Shown one piece after another: positions 39,101-47,835 of a stretch of 64,000 nucleotides of DNA; position 1 is the first letter of the stretch; each line of letters begins with the position of its first letter. The notes below the pieces were generated by a model. That model made no database searches. It saw only the letters and a list, made by a program, of their open reading frames with translations, and had not been told where the DNA came from. The DNA comes from a virus: the IMG/VR virus record IMGVR_UViG_3300025466_000014, one strand, 5' to 3'. A program made the translations under genes and the position numbers.

Positions 39101-41301
39101 GTTGTACCATCTCCTGAGGCAATGCTAATGTTTTGAGCTGTCTGCAGAGTGGTAGCCGTACTTGCATTGCCTGTCAAAGCACCAGTAAAAGTCGTAGCAC
39201 TAACCGAAGTTAGGCCCGTCAGCGTTGTCGTGAATGCAGGTACCGCAAAAGCGGAACCGACCAATACTCCAGCTGCACCAGCAGTTACCTGAGGTACCCC
39301 TGTAGAAGACGTAGTTACTACACCGTAGTTGGCAGTATTGACAAATCCAGATACGCCTGCAGCGGTTTGATAGTGCAATTGGTTAGCAGCACCACCTGCT
39401 AAAGACGTGGCTAATGCCGCAGTCAAATTAGCAACAGGGGTGGTTGAGGACACTACAAAAGGTGCTGTACCAGTAGCGACTGTAGATGTTAGCTGACCAG
39501 AGGCGGACAAAGTCGTAAACGCACCGGTACCAGTATGGTTACCAGTTAACGTTGTTGCACTAACCGAAGTTAAGCCTGCAAGAGTGGTAGCAGTCGCTCC
39601 AAGAGAAACCGCAGTTGAACCAATAGTAACAGAACTGTTAGTCAGAGCGGTATTAGCAATACCTGTAAAGTTGGTACCCGTCAGAGTAGGTGCTGTAGTA
39701 AATGACGGTACCGCAGAAGCTGAACCTACCAATACTCCAGCAGCACCAGCGGTAACAGCAGGTACACCTGTCGCGCCAGTGGTTAATACCCCGTAGTTGG
39801 CAGTAGGCACAAAATTAGATACACCTGCGCCTGTTTGATAAACTAACTGGTTAGCAGCACCGCCAGCAACGGACGTAGCTAAAGCCGCAGTTCCGCCTAT
39901 AGACAAACTAGGTGCTGTTCCACTCAAACTAGCGCCGGAACCAATAAAGGAAGCCGCAGTCATTGCCCCGCTAATCGTTACAGCGGAAGGAAGGCTTAGA
40001 GTAGTTGCGCCTGAAACCGTAGACGCGTTAATCTGATTAGCCGTTCCAGAAACAGATAACACACCTGTATTGTTAATTACTTTACCAACAACGTTTATTC
40101 CTGTTCCTGAAGTAAAGGCGGCTGCTGCATCAACATAGGACTTAGAAACAAGGTCATTAGGGTTTACCGGTGTACCGCTGTTAGTGGGAGTAAAACCACC
40201 TAGGTTAAGAAATCCAGATAAAGTTCCACCAGTAAGCGGCAAATTGCCTGACGCAACTCCTGTTAGAGCACCAGTAAATGCACCAGTAAAGTTTGTAGAA
40301 CTTACCGACGTTAAACCTGTTAACGTCGTTGAGGCTGTGCCTAGGAAAATTGAGGTAGTTCCTATTGTTACCGTATTGCTAACTAGGGCGTTAACTGGGA
40401 CGCCTGAAAAATTAGTACCTGTTAGAGTTGGTGTGTTAGTCCAAGAAGGAGTCGCCCCGGAGACTAGAACTTGACTACTAGTACCGGCCGGCAGCAAAGA
40501 TGTTATGCTAGGTCCTGACTGATAAGGCAAAGAACCAGCCGCACCGCTAGACAAGTTGGCTACCGACCCTGCCATAGCCACAATGTTTGTAAAGGCAGAG
40601 ACATCATTAGATGCCATTACTGCTTTTACTTGAGTGCCGGGATTAGGCGCAGTAACTAAGAGTTGCATCAACGGGCCAGCAAGCTGAACGTCGAACGTCG
40701 CAAGGGCTGCACCAGAAGTGCTAACGCTGTTAATTTCGTTTACCCAGACATTAGTGCCGTCCTGAACTACAATTATGTCGGATATCTGATAGTAACCATT
40801 GTAGTAAACCTGCAGGCTGTAGTAGGCAGAACGATATTGATCCAAAGGAACAGAGTCGGCGATTTCAGGCGTGCCTAAAGTCTTTGTGACATACTTTATG
40901 ACTCGCGTAATAGAGCTATCTGTTAAAGCAGTTGTGGTTACGGTAGGTGTAGATGCCTTAAAGCTCATTACCGCAGGCGGCACAGTAGAGTACGCAACCT
41001 TAATGGTACCTGTAAAAGATGTCTCAATAGTAACAGACTGCGCTAGATTGTCAGATACAAACAGTTGATTTACGGTTATTGGAGAACCGGAATCAAAAGT
41101 AAGCATTAACGGTTGTGGTGTGTAGACCAGAAAACTGTTGATCGCTTCTGTTATGACTAGCGGCGTACCTGCTGTAACCGAAAGCGTTTCACTTATTGCG
41201 GTTTCACAAAATTCTGTTCGTACAAGGTTTACCGCAGCTAGATTGTTAGAGCTGCTGGTTGCGTTTACCGAAAAGCGTAGTTGATTGGCGGTTGCACTCA
41301 T
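36199..41301 (-). CDS. Giant repetitive fibre protein (1700 aa) with C-terminal carbohydrate-binding-like head
   Basis: Same repeat lexicon as the 2036-aa fibre. DRILIKNQTTAFQNGIYTV domain. C-terminal RNRIINGDF...DRW...NVQLELG...ECYRY head. Confidence 0.75.
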   Translation of the reverse strand: MSATANQLRFSVNATSSSNNLAAVNLVRTEFCETAISETLSVTAGTPLVITEAINSFLVYTPQPLMLTFDSGSPITVNQLFVSDNLAQSVTIETSFTGTIKVAYSTVPPAVMSFKASTPTVTTTALTDSSITRVIKYVTKTLGTPEIADSVPLDQYRSAYYSLQVYYNGYYQISDIIVVQDGTNVWVNEINSVSTSGAALATFDVQLAGPLMQLLVTAPNPGTQVKAVMASNDVSAFTNIVAMAGSVANLSSGAAGSLPYQSGPSITSLLPAGTSSQVLVSGATPSWTNTPTLTGTNFSGVPVNALVSNTVTIGTTSIFLGTASTTLTGLTSVSSTNFTGAFTGALTGVASGNLPLTGGTLSGFLNLGGFTPTNSGTPVNPNDLVSKSYVDAAAAFTSGTGINVVGKVINNTGVLSVSGTANQINASTVSGATTLSLPSAVTISGAMTAASFIGSGASLSGTAPSLSIGGTAALATSVAGGAANQLVYQTGAGVSNFVPTANYGVLTTGATGVPAVTAGAAGVLVGSASAVPSFTTAPTLTGTNFTGIANTALTNSSVTIGSTAVSLGATATTLAGLTSVSATTLTGNHTGTGAFTTLSASGQLTSTVATGTAPFVVSSTTPVANLTAALATSLAGGAANQLHYQTAAGVSGFVNTANYGVVTTSSTGVPQVTAGAAGVLVGSAFAVPAFTTTLTGLTSVSATTFTGALTGNASTATTLQTAQNISIASGDGTTGAVTFNGSAPVALAFTLATVNASPVIASFQKVTTNAKGLVTATSAVVPADITTALGYTPVSTTGSSLTGTLTFDGTHTITGLPTPVNASDAAPKSYVDSSLAGLTWKSAVAAASTANLTATYSNGASGVGATLTNAGALATFVIDGYTALLNDRILIKNQTTAFQNGIYTVTTVGSASVAWVLTRSTDQNTSAAFNNASVNVNNGTVNIYTSWTQTALNPTIGTTAITFVQFSGGSATYTAGTGISLAGNIVTNLGVTSLTGTANQITVSASTGAVTLSLPTTISGLTSVSATTFTGALTGNANTATNVAGGVANQLHYQTGASTTGFVTTANYGVVTTSSTGVPQVTAGAAGVLVGSASAVPTWSTTPTLTGTNFTGIPNTALTNSSVTVGSTAIALGATATTIAGLTALTATTLTGTLATAAQPNITSVGTLTGLTVTGTISGSINGTAVGALSATNVAGGAANQLHYQTAASTTGFVPTANYGVVTTGPTGAPAVTAGAAGVLVGSASAIPAFSTTPTLTGTNFTGIPNTGLTNSSVTIGSTAVTLGATATALAGLTSVNATTLTGTLATAAQPNITSVGTLTGLTVTGTITGSVSGNANTATNVAGGVANQLHYQTGASTTGFITAPSVASTYLQWTGSAFAWVASGGAASGANSDITSLSAITSINSGSLSGSRNRIINGDFKVSQRATSGTTGTGLVYVCDRWQLASGGTGNAWSQTTNLLPGSVYVNVLQITGSATATSFVLSQKIESLNCRDMAGQSVTLSYWVYQTTGASITPNDALSYANSTDVFTSTTLISSTGGVTIPTSTWTQVVKTFTVPAAATTGLMVSIFYGAGPTLAAGQSVIFANVQLELGTKATLFEFKSVSDSLKECYRYAVPITLVFDMYATVATQTFVIPVSLPVPMRTATQAITFLTNTVNTNINFLGPLNVSNLAVSFNIITNTAGLRSQRTDTYLVTAEFV
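37219..37302. repeat. 84-nt exact intragenic repeat (second copy 38116-38199)
   Basis: AAACCCTGTTGTACTTGCACC...ATTTGCATTGCC is identical at both sites. Confidence 0.85.
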
Positions 41302-41371
41302 GCTTATGCCCTTTGTGTTTTACTTCTATTAAATTACTTCAGGTAGTTATACGATATTCAAATAAACGGCA

Positions 41372-41416
41372 AAAGCCTTAGCCTCAAAACAAGAAATGTT
41401 AAGGAGCTAAGGCTTT
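41372..41416. terminator. Intergenic hairpin (terminator or regulatory)
   Basis: AAAGCCTTAG pairs with CTAAGGCTTT, with further imperfect inner pairing. Confidence 0.55.
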
Positions 41417-41431
41417 AAAGTCTGTGTTAAT

Positions 41432-42820
41432 TTAGTATCCCCGAAGTGCAAAATTGCCGGCTTGAAACCTAGGATTTGGGAACGGCACAGAATGATAAGG
41501 GTCTCCATAATTAGCCGTAGAACAATATATGTTACCAGAAGAATCTGTAGGGTAGATTATTGCGTAACTGTTAATAGCGGCACCGTAGTTTCCGTCTGAG
41601 GCAGCGTACCCAAACCCCATGCAGGCATCTGTTGTCTGAGGAGGAAAATTATTGGCGGTTACTAAACTGCAAGTTTGTTGCCCAATGCCTACTGACGGAG
41701 TAGAGCCTGTTACGAGCGGCCATTTAACCAAGAGGGGACTCTTGGAACCTAAGGGCCCATCTGCAGAAAAGGCATTATCCAAGACCCAACCTGAGCCGTC
41801 TTTGGAGTAGTAAGACCAACCGTCTAAACTCGACTGAACAATGTAGTAGTCATTAGGATAGTAATAGGACTGCCACGCAATACCAACAATATCAAAACTT
41901 GAATAGACAGGTAACGTTAATTGCTTCCAGGTTGCGCCTGCGTCGTAAGAAATTAAAACAAAATTAACAGGTGCTCCAGTAGAATCAGAAACACAGCCAA
42001 GTATTACCGTTTGACCTGACCCTTGAATACCGCCATTACGCGAAACTTGACCCCATTTGTAAGTTTTTCCCGCAGGCACGGGCAAAGTTGTTTTTGACCA
42101 GGTCTGACTAGCAATGTTGTAATGGAAAATATAATTTGAGCCTGCACCGTTTACTCCGTTAGTTACAACCAAAAACTCATAACTGTTATTACCAGAAAGG
42201 TATGTCACATCAACAAACTGGTGTACGTTACCTCCGTCTATTGGGCTGGCGGTCCAGGTTCTTGCAGCGTCAGATGCGGCGGGCAAGCTTATTGCAACGT
42301 TAGCCCCTGTTTCAGGAATGGCTATAATGTTGCCGTTAATAGCTTGATCTACTTCCATTTTTCGGTAGTCTTGGATTAAGACTCCTGTAGGCGACGGACC
42401 TGTTGACCAACCTCCGTAAATATTTGTTGCGTAATGAAAGCTGTTAGCTTGCAATGCGTAGCCTAAATACGTTGTGTTTTGAGAGATTTGTGGCTGAGTC
42501 AATCTTACGCATACTGCCTTGTAGGGTTTACCATTTGAAGGCACACCTAGATTTGTCCCGCCGCCGGAGGCAAAAGCCGGCACGCTTAAAGCCTTTATTA
42601 AAGGCCGCAGTGTTGTGTCCATTGGAAAGTCTTGCGATCTAAACATTCCTGCTGGCAACGGAGTTAGATTTGAATTAAAGGCTTCGTGCAAAAGAGTTAG
42701 AGACCCAACAGGAGAGTATCCTGGTTGAGAGGACAAATTCTGTTTTAAATAATTTTTGACCCACTGTTTAGTTGCATACTTTAGAAAAGAAGCTGCCTTG
42801 GCAAAGTAAGTTAAGTCCAT
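41432..42820 (-). CDS. Putative beta-propeller with Asp-box/BNR repeat (sialidase-like fold)
   Basis: ISYDAGATWKQ Asp box, YSKDGSGW, repeated W-terminated strands. Confidence 0.5.
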   Translation of the reverse strand: MDLTYFAKAASFLKYATKQWVKNYLKQNLSSQPGYSPVGSLTLLHEAFNSNLTPLPAGMFRSQDFPMDTTLRPLIKALSVPAFASGGGTNLGVPSNGKPYKAVCVRLTQPQISQNTTYLGYALQANSFHYATNIYGGWSTGPSPTGVLIQDYRKMEVDQAINGNIIAIPETGANVAISLPAASDAARTWTASPIDGGNVHQFVDVTYLSGNNSYEFLVVTNGVNGAGSNYIFHYNIASQTWSKTTLPVPAGKTYKWGQVSRNGGIQGSGQTVILGCVSDSTGAPVNFVLISYDAGATWKQLTLPVYSSFDIVGIAWQSYYYPNDYYIVQSSLDGWSYYSKDGSGWVLDNAFSADGPLGSKSPLLVKWPLVTGSTPSVGIGQQTCSLVTANNFPPQTTDACMGFGYAASDGNYGAAINSYAIIYPTDSSGNIYCSTANYGDPYHSVPFPNPRFQAGNFALRGY

Positions 42821-42822
42821 GA

Positions 42823-44133
42823 TTAAATCGCGTACTCCATAGTTAGGGGAGAATTTTTAAACGGGCGGTAAAGAGGGTCGCCGCAGGTTATTGATATGGT
42901 AGAGCCGACACCTGCCAGTAGAACAGCCTCCGCGCAAGTTAGCCCAATAGATAAATAAAGTTGTAAAGCTTCCATTGATACGGTATTACCTGCACCAGGC
43001 TCTTCAATTGTTCCAAACCAGGTGCAGCCACCTTTGCGTTGAAAATCTAAACCTACCATGTACCCGTAGCTGGTGCTCTCATGCGCTAACGCACCCGGTA
43101 AAACGTCAAAGCAATTTGTGTAGGCAGCCTGCAAAGGTGTCCCAGGTGTAGGCCACGGATTTGTTAGAGCACATCCGTTCCACATAAAGAGATTCATTCT
43201 AGGAGCTGTTCCCGCAACCAGAGAATTAAAATCCACATTGCGAGAGCCTGTTAGTCTAGGTAAAGCATGAGGCGCAACGTCTATGCTTAAGGTAGAACCG
43301 TAGGTCTCCAAAGTTAACATGCCTACTCTGTCAGCCCATTCTCTTGCTTTTTGTGAACCACGAGCGTGCATTCTATAGTAACCGTAAGGTCCAGAAAGAC
43401 TACCAAGCCGGTCCCCTAAACCAAAAAGGGCCTGTTTACCCACATGCAAGGCTGCACCTTCGTTAGCAATTGCATCGTCGATAATACGTTTGGACTCTGC
43501 AAAAGTCTCTCCTGCAAACAAATCTACATCTCGGTAGTAAGTACCTATGCGTCCTGCAGGGACAACGATGTTATTTGGGTCAGTTAGCAGCCTATAAGGA
43601 AACGAACTGTCAAAACCTACCGCGTTATTCTCTAACGTTGCCGGATTAGTTGCTACGTAAGGCCCATAGGTAGAGTAACCGACAAGGCTATTAGGTTGCT
43701 GTGCTCCCAATGTGCTTTGCTCTGGAAAAATTAAACCCGGTGACGGTACATTTACAGGCTGCGCGCGGTAGCCTAGATAAAATTTAAAAATTCCTTGTGA
43801 CGGAGTGCAAAAGGGCACTGCTCCGGCGTATGCTCCAACCAGGTAGGCATACAGAGGCGGTGTCTTTGCGGACATAACCACGCAACTTAAACCATTAAGA
43901 TTTTTAAGAGCCAGAAGCCTTAATCCCAGGGCATAAGAAAGAGTTGGGACAGGTTGGGTACTCATGTTAGTACCTAAATCCATGTAAATCTTATAAGCTG
44001 GATTTAGGCCCCTAACCGTAATATAGTAGTTTGCAACCGCGTCACTTACGTCAATTGTTAGGGGATTAGAATTTACTATTATTGCCGTGGTCTGTGGATT
44101 GACTGTGGTAACGGCTGTTTTAAACTCGGCCAT
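42823..44133 (-). CDS. TIGR03790-like protein
   Basis: C-terminal PGALAHESTS...GCTWFGTIEEP...GLTCAEA...GDPLYRPF, recalled as the TIGR03790 family C-terminus. Confidence 0.5.
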   Translation of the reverse strand: MAEFKTAVTTVNPQTTAIIVNSNPLTIDVSDAVANYYITVRGLNPAYKIYMDLGTNMSTQPVPTLSYALGLRLLALKNLNGLSCVVMSAKTPPLYAYLVGAYAGAVPFCTPSQGIFKFYLGYRAQPVNVPSPGLIFPEQSTLGAQQPNSLVGYSTYGPYVATNPATLENNAVGFDSSFPYRLLTDPNNIVVPAGRIGTYYRDVDLFAGETFAESKRIIDDAIANEGAALHVGKQALFGLGDRLGSLSGPYGYYRMHARGSQKAREWADRVGMLTLETYGSTLSIDVAPHALPRLTGSRNVDFNSLVAGTAPRMNLFMWNGCALTNPWPTPGTPLQAAYTNCFDVLPGALAHESTSYGYMVGLDFQRKGGCTWFGTIEEPGAGNTVSMEALQLYLSIGLTCAEAVLLAGVGSTISITCGDPLYRPFKNSPLTMEYAI

Positions 44134-44134
44134 T

Positions 44135-44482
44135 CTAAACCCACCCAGAAATAAAGAGCGGGTCCCCGTCTTTGTTAAAAGTTATGGTTTGCGTCTTTGT
44201 AACACCGTTAAAAACAGCCGTACGAGTAGTTCTCAGAGTAGCATCCTCCACATTTGGGTTAGAGAAATCAGTTAGCTGATCGTAATATTGGATAGTTACA
44301 GGCGCGGCTGTTTCTGAGTCTGCTGGTATGCCAGCTACTAAAACGACGGTCTCTAATCCATCTGAATTCATGGAGTAGAAACTGCCGTCTGTTTTTGCAT
44401 AAAACAAGACACTACCTACGGGAGGCGGTGATACTGTTGTATTTACTTCAGGAAAAAGAATAACATCCGGTGAATAAGACAT
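44135..44482 (-). CDS. Small protein with YPSD-type N-terminal module
   Basis: YSPDV...PPPVGSVLFYAKTDGSFYSMNSDGLET matches the N-termini of the 888- and 689-aa fibres. Confidence 0.6.
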   Translation of the reverse strand: MSYSPDVILFPEVNTTVSPPPVGSVLFYAKTDGSFYSMNSDGLETVVLVAGIPADSETAAPVTIQYYDQLTDFSNPNVEDATLRTTRTAVFNGVTKTQTITFNKDGDPLFISGWV

Positions 44483-44500
44483 GCCACTCGTTCCTTTAGA

Positions 44501-45754
44501 TTAAGGGTAAGTAGGGAAGGTTCCTAGCGGGACTATCTGCAAGGCGTAAACAGTTGCATCTGCGTAGGTTGTTGCTATGGTATTCATAGCCGCATTTATT
44601 AAAGTTGGGTTATCTGCATAGCTAGGACCACCACTAGGTGTAAACAGGCAAGTTGCCAAAGTCGGGTAGTTAACACCTCCAATTACAATCGGTACTACCA
44701 CCGGCCCGCTAGAATCACCGCCTGAAATTGGACTTGTCCAAGCGTTGTACTGCGAAAATATCGTACTCTGATTAAAATAAGTGGTGACGTTTCCTACTGT
44801 GTTTGAATCTACAACTCGTTGTGTACAGATTTTACCACTAGCATCGTTAGCCTTCAAATTAACAGCCATAACCTGCCCAGTAACCACGGTGTCTACGGGA
44901 GCATACAGAGTGTAATTTATAGGCATAATGTAGTAAGGCGTAATCGAAGGCGCCCCGCTTATCCACCTAAGATAAACGATACAAACATCGTCCAGAAGGT
45001 ATGAATAATCCACACACTCCGCAGACCATAAGACGTTATTAAGGTCAAGCCAGTAAAGTGTTGTACCGTTACCGTTTACACCTTTGCTTGCTGTTAGACC
45101 TCCTGATGATGCCCAGTGCTTGGCACAGACAGCATGACGTGGACTAATCAAATGCATCGGGTCTTGTTGCCCGGCAGCCGATGTACCTAGGTTAGGTGTG
45201 TAAAAGCCAAGTGACGTGGCAGCAAATACCCAAGCAGGAAAGGGCGCATTTGGATTACGCTGAAAGTTAGGGTAGGTACCTATGTAGTGATTAGCATTAG
45301 TTGCATTGTAAGTCTTACCAGAAATCCATCCTGCAACCAGAGTGTTAACGGTATTGCGCAGCGAGCCACTAACAAAGCCTGTCAGTATCTGTTGCTGCAC
45401 TGTAGACGGTATGTTTGCAATAGCCTGCTTAACTGTAATTGAGGATTTACCGCTAGTAACCTGGGTTATTGTGGTGCCGTCCGCAATTCGAGTCACGTTT
45501 CCGTTCGTATCTACACTGTGAATTGCCGGAGTTAGGCTCGTAAAAGTGCAATTGCTTCTGTTAGGTACAATCTTAAAGTTGGTATCCTGAGACACCCCAT
45601 TAAAAAGATTGTACGTGTAGTCTCGGTAAGCGCCTGTACCTGCGCCCGCAGCTACTTGTAAAGGCGTAGGCACAGTTATGGCACTCAGTTTCTCCAGTGT
45701 ATTGTTTCCGCGCAATTTTTTTGCAGTTAGAGAAAATCGTAGGTTGTTTGCCAT
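44501..45754 (-). CDS. Ig-like (Big_2) + trypsin-like serine protease, copy B
   Basis: HLISPRHAVCAKHW, DDVCIVYL, GGDSSGP. Full-length paralog of 24204-25460. Confidence 0.7.
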   Translation of the reverse strand: MANNLRFSLTAKKLRGNNTLEKLSAITVPTPLQVAAGAGTGAYRDYTYNLFNGVSQDTNFKIVPNRSNCTFTSLTPAIHSVDTNGNVTRIADGTTITQVTSGKSSITVKQAIANIPSTVQQQILTGFVSGSLRNTVNTLVAGWISGKTYNATNANHYIGTYPNFQRNPNAPFPAWVFAATSLGFYTPNLGTSAAGQQDPMHLISPRHAVCAKHWASSGGLTASKGVNGNGTTLYWLDLNNVLWSAECVDYSYLLDDVCIVYLRWISGAPSITPYYIMPINYTLYAPVDTVVTGQVMAVNLKANDASGKICTQRVVDSNTVGNVTTYFNQSTIFSQYNAWTSPISGGDSSGPVVVPIVIGGVNYPTLATCLFTPSGGPSYADNPTLINAAMNTIATTYADATVYALQIVPLGTFPTYP

Positions 45755-45765
45755 ACTTACCTACC

Positions 45766-47835
45766 TTACGGGGATACCCAAATTGAACCGTCAGTTTGAA
45801 CTGTGTTTTTAGTAACCGGATTGGTTGAGGTTGAAACGCCTGTGCCAAGAACGGGGGCGTTACCGAAATAAACTCTTGATAAACCAGTTACTGTAATAAC
45901 GACACCTGAGTAGATGCTATAAAGACTGTAAACGCCAGCACCTATATTAAGGGAACTCATTTGCGTAACGTTCAAAGTGACGTTATTAAAAGTTAGATTG
46001 TTATTAGCGGTCTCCAGATGAGAGCCGTAGGTTAGATTTACTGCACCGGCCGTGGCTATATCAAATTTACCAAACGTAGCTCCTGTTAAGCTAAGATCCA
46101 AGAACGACTTTGAAAACGTACTTACCTTATATCCAAAAAATCTATTATAAAAGGTAGCCGTAGCCCCATGATAGGCATTAAAAGTTCCCGTCATAATAGT
46201 ATCTTGAAGATATGCACTTTGCGGAGGGGCAATTGAACCTGATATAGCCCCCGAAAAAACGCCGGCTATACTTTCTTTGTTGCAGTAAACGTTTAATCCA
46301 GTAAACCCAACTTGAAAAAATCCCCTAAAATAAGAAACGTCTACGGCCGTACTGGTAACCCAAGATTGTAGAACATAGATAGTCCCAGTCACACCAGCTG
46401 GTAAATACGTTCCGTTCTGTGTACTTACCTTAAACGCACAGGTAATAGACCCACCGACAGCGTCAACTGCGGTTGTTGTAGCTATTCCGCTAAGGCATCC
46501 ATAATTTGTACCAGCTGAGGGTGCCACTGCGATAGGAACGCCCACTCCTGAACCGGGTAAGGTAGCAACTATGGCTGCGGCCACGGCAAAAGCGACGGTG
46601 CGAGCACCATCCGTGGTACCGCCCATTGTTATTCCTGTAAATGGAATTCCTGAGGCGCCGTTAACGTAACCGCCAGTTATGCCTTGATAACCTTGTACTA
46701 TTAACCAAGGTAGCGGAGTTGTTGGAGTTGCCAGCGTATTAGCCCCAAGTGCCAACTGCAAAGTAATCACGACTCCGGGCAACGCACTACATTGAGACAA
46801 GAACGTTATAGCGGTTGACCCGCTAGTAAAGTGAGTACCTATAGAGTAGGTAGCACTTGTAGTAAATACGCCAGGTATGTTGTTTGCTGGTGTTGTAGTA
46901 ACAGAAGCGATTGGCATAGCCGTTGGATAGAATACTGTGCCTCCGTTGGCTAAACCGTTGTACTGAACAATAGCTGGTCGGTCAGTAGCGGACGCGATCT
47001 CACCTAAGCCACCAGTAACTGTCAAAAGGCCACTTAAAATATCCGTACGAGGAATGACGTTAAGAATAACGTCACCAGTAACAGGATCAATTGCCATAAT
47101 TTGACCACTTGGCCCGTTAATGGCTGTAACCGCACCGCTACCATTTACAGAAGCAGTCACAGTAGAAACCCAGGCGCTACCATTGTTTTGGTAAACAGCG
47201 TAAGGTGCAGCAGAGCCCACCAACGCCATAGTTCCGTTAGGAACCGTAGCCACGGCTGGCAAGGCTGCGGTAGAAGCAAAAGGCCCAACTGCGTTCTTAA
47301 TAAAGTTTGTATCTACGTAGCCTTTGTTTGCAACGTCGGAGGCATTTGCGGGCGTACCGCTATTAGTGGGAGTAAAACCACCTAGGTTAAGAGCCCCAGA
47401 TAAGGTTCCACCTGCTAGAGGCAAATTGCCGGATGCAACTCCGGTTAGAGCACCGGTGAAAGTTGTTGCACTAACTGAGGTAAGACCTGTTAGGGTGGTA
47501 GCCGTTGTTCCTAGTGTAATTGCCGTTGAACCAATAGTTAGGCTACCCGGAGGAAGTGCTGTCCAAGCAAAAGCAGAACCGTTCCACTGGAGAAAAGTTG
47601 AACCCGTTGTAGGTGCGGAGACAAAACTTGTGGCGCCAGGAGCTGTCTGGTATGCTATTTGATTAGCAGCACCGCCTGGTAGGTTATTGTTAGCTAGGCT
47701 AGTTTCTACCCCTGAAGAATTCAGAGAGTAAAAGTTATTGTCTGCTTTTGAGTAGAGTAGAATATTACCTACAGGTGGGGGAGTCAGCGGCGTGCTTGTC
47801 CCCTGAAGCATCATAATATCTGATGGATATGTCAT
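45766..47835 (-). CDS. Fibre/appendage protein, copy B (YPSD N-terminal module)
   Basis: 689 aa. Shares the N-terminus, the YVDTNF...GSAAPYAVYQNNGSAW block and the DGSI..SP C-terminus with the 888-aa fibre. Confidence 0.65.
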   Translation of the reverse strand: MTYPSDIMMLQGTSTPLTPPPVGNILLYSKADNNFYSLNSSGVETSLANNNLPGGAANQIAYQTAPGATSFVSAPTTGSTFLQWNGSAFAWTALPPGSLTIGSTAITLGTTATTLTGLTSVSATTFTGALTGVASGNLPLAGGTLSGALNLGGFTPTNSGTPANASDVANKGYVDTNFIKNAVGPFASTAALPAVATVPNGTMALVGSAAPYAVYQNNGSAWVSTVTASVNGSGAVTAINGPSGQIMAIDPVTGDVILNVIPRTDILSGLLTVTGGLGEIASATDRPAIVQYNGLANGGTVFYPTAMPIASVTTTPANNIPGVFTTSATYSIGTHFTSGSTAITFLSQCSALPGVVITLQLALGANTLATPTTPLPWLIVQGYQGITGGYVNGASGIPFTGITMGGTTDGARTVAFAVAAAIVATLPGSGVGVPIAVAPSAGTNYGCLSGIATTTAVDAVGGSITCAFKVSTQNGTYLPAGVTGTIYVLQSWVTSTAVDVSYFRGFFQVGFTGLNVYCNKESIAGVFSGAISGSIAPPQSAYLQDTIMTGTFNAYHGATATFYNRFFGYKVSTFSKSFLDLSLTGATFGKFDIATAGAVNLTYGSHLETANNNLTFNNVTLNVTQMSSLNIGAGVYSLYSIYSGVVITVTGLSRVYFGNAPVLGTGVSTSTNPVTKNTVQTDGSIWVSP

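Noticed and set aside
26728-40474. Many 60-190 aa + strand ORFs (MAEVAVAALPP..., MPVTEP...) antisense to the fibre genes
   Set aside because: They are shadows of the T/A/G/V-rich repeats, have no RBS and simply mirror the - strand periodicity.
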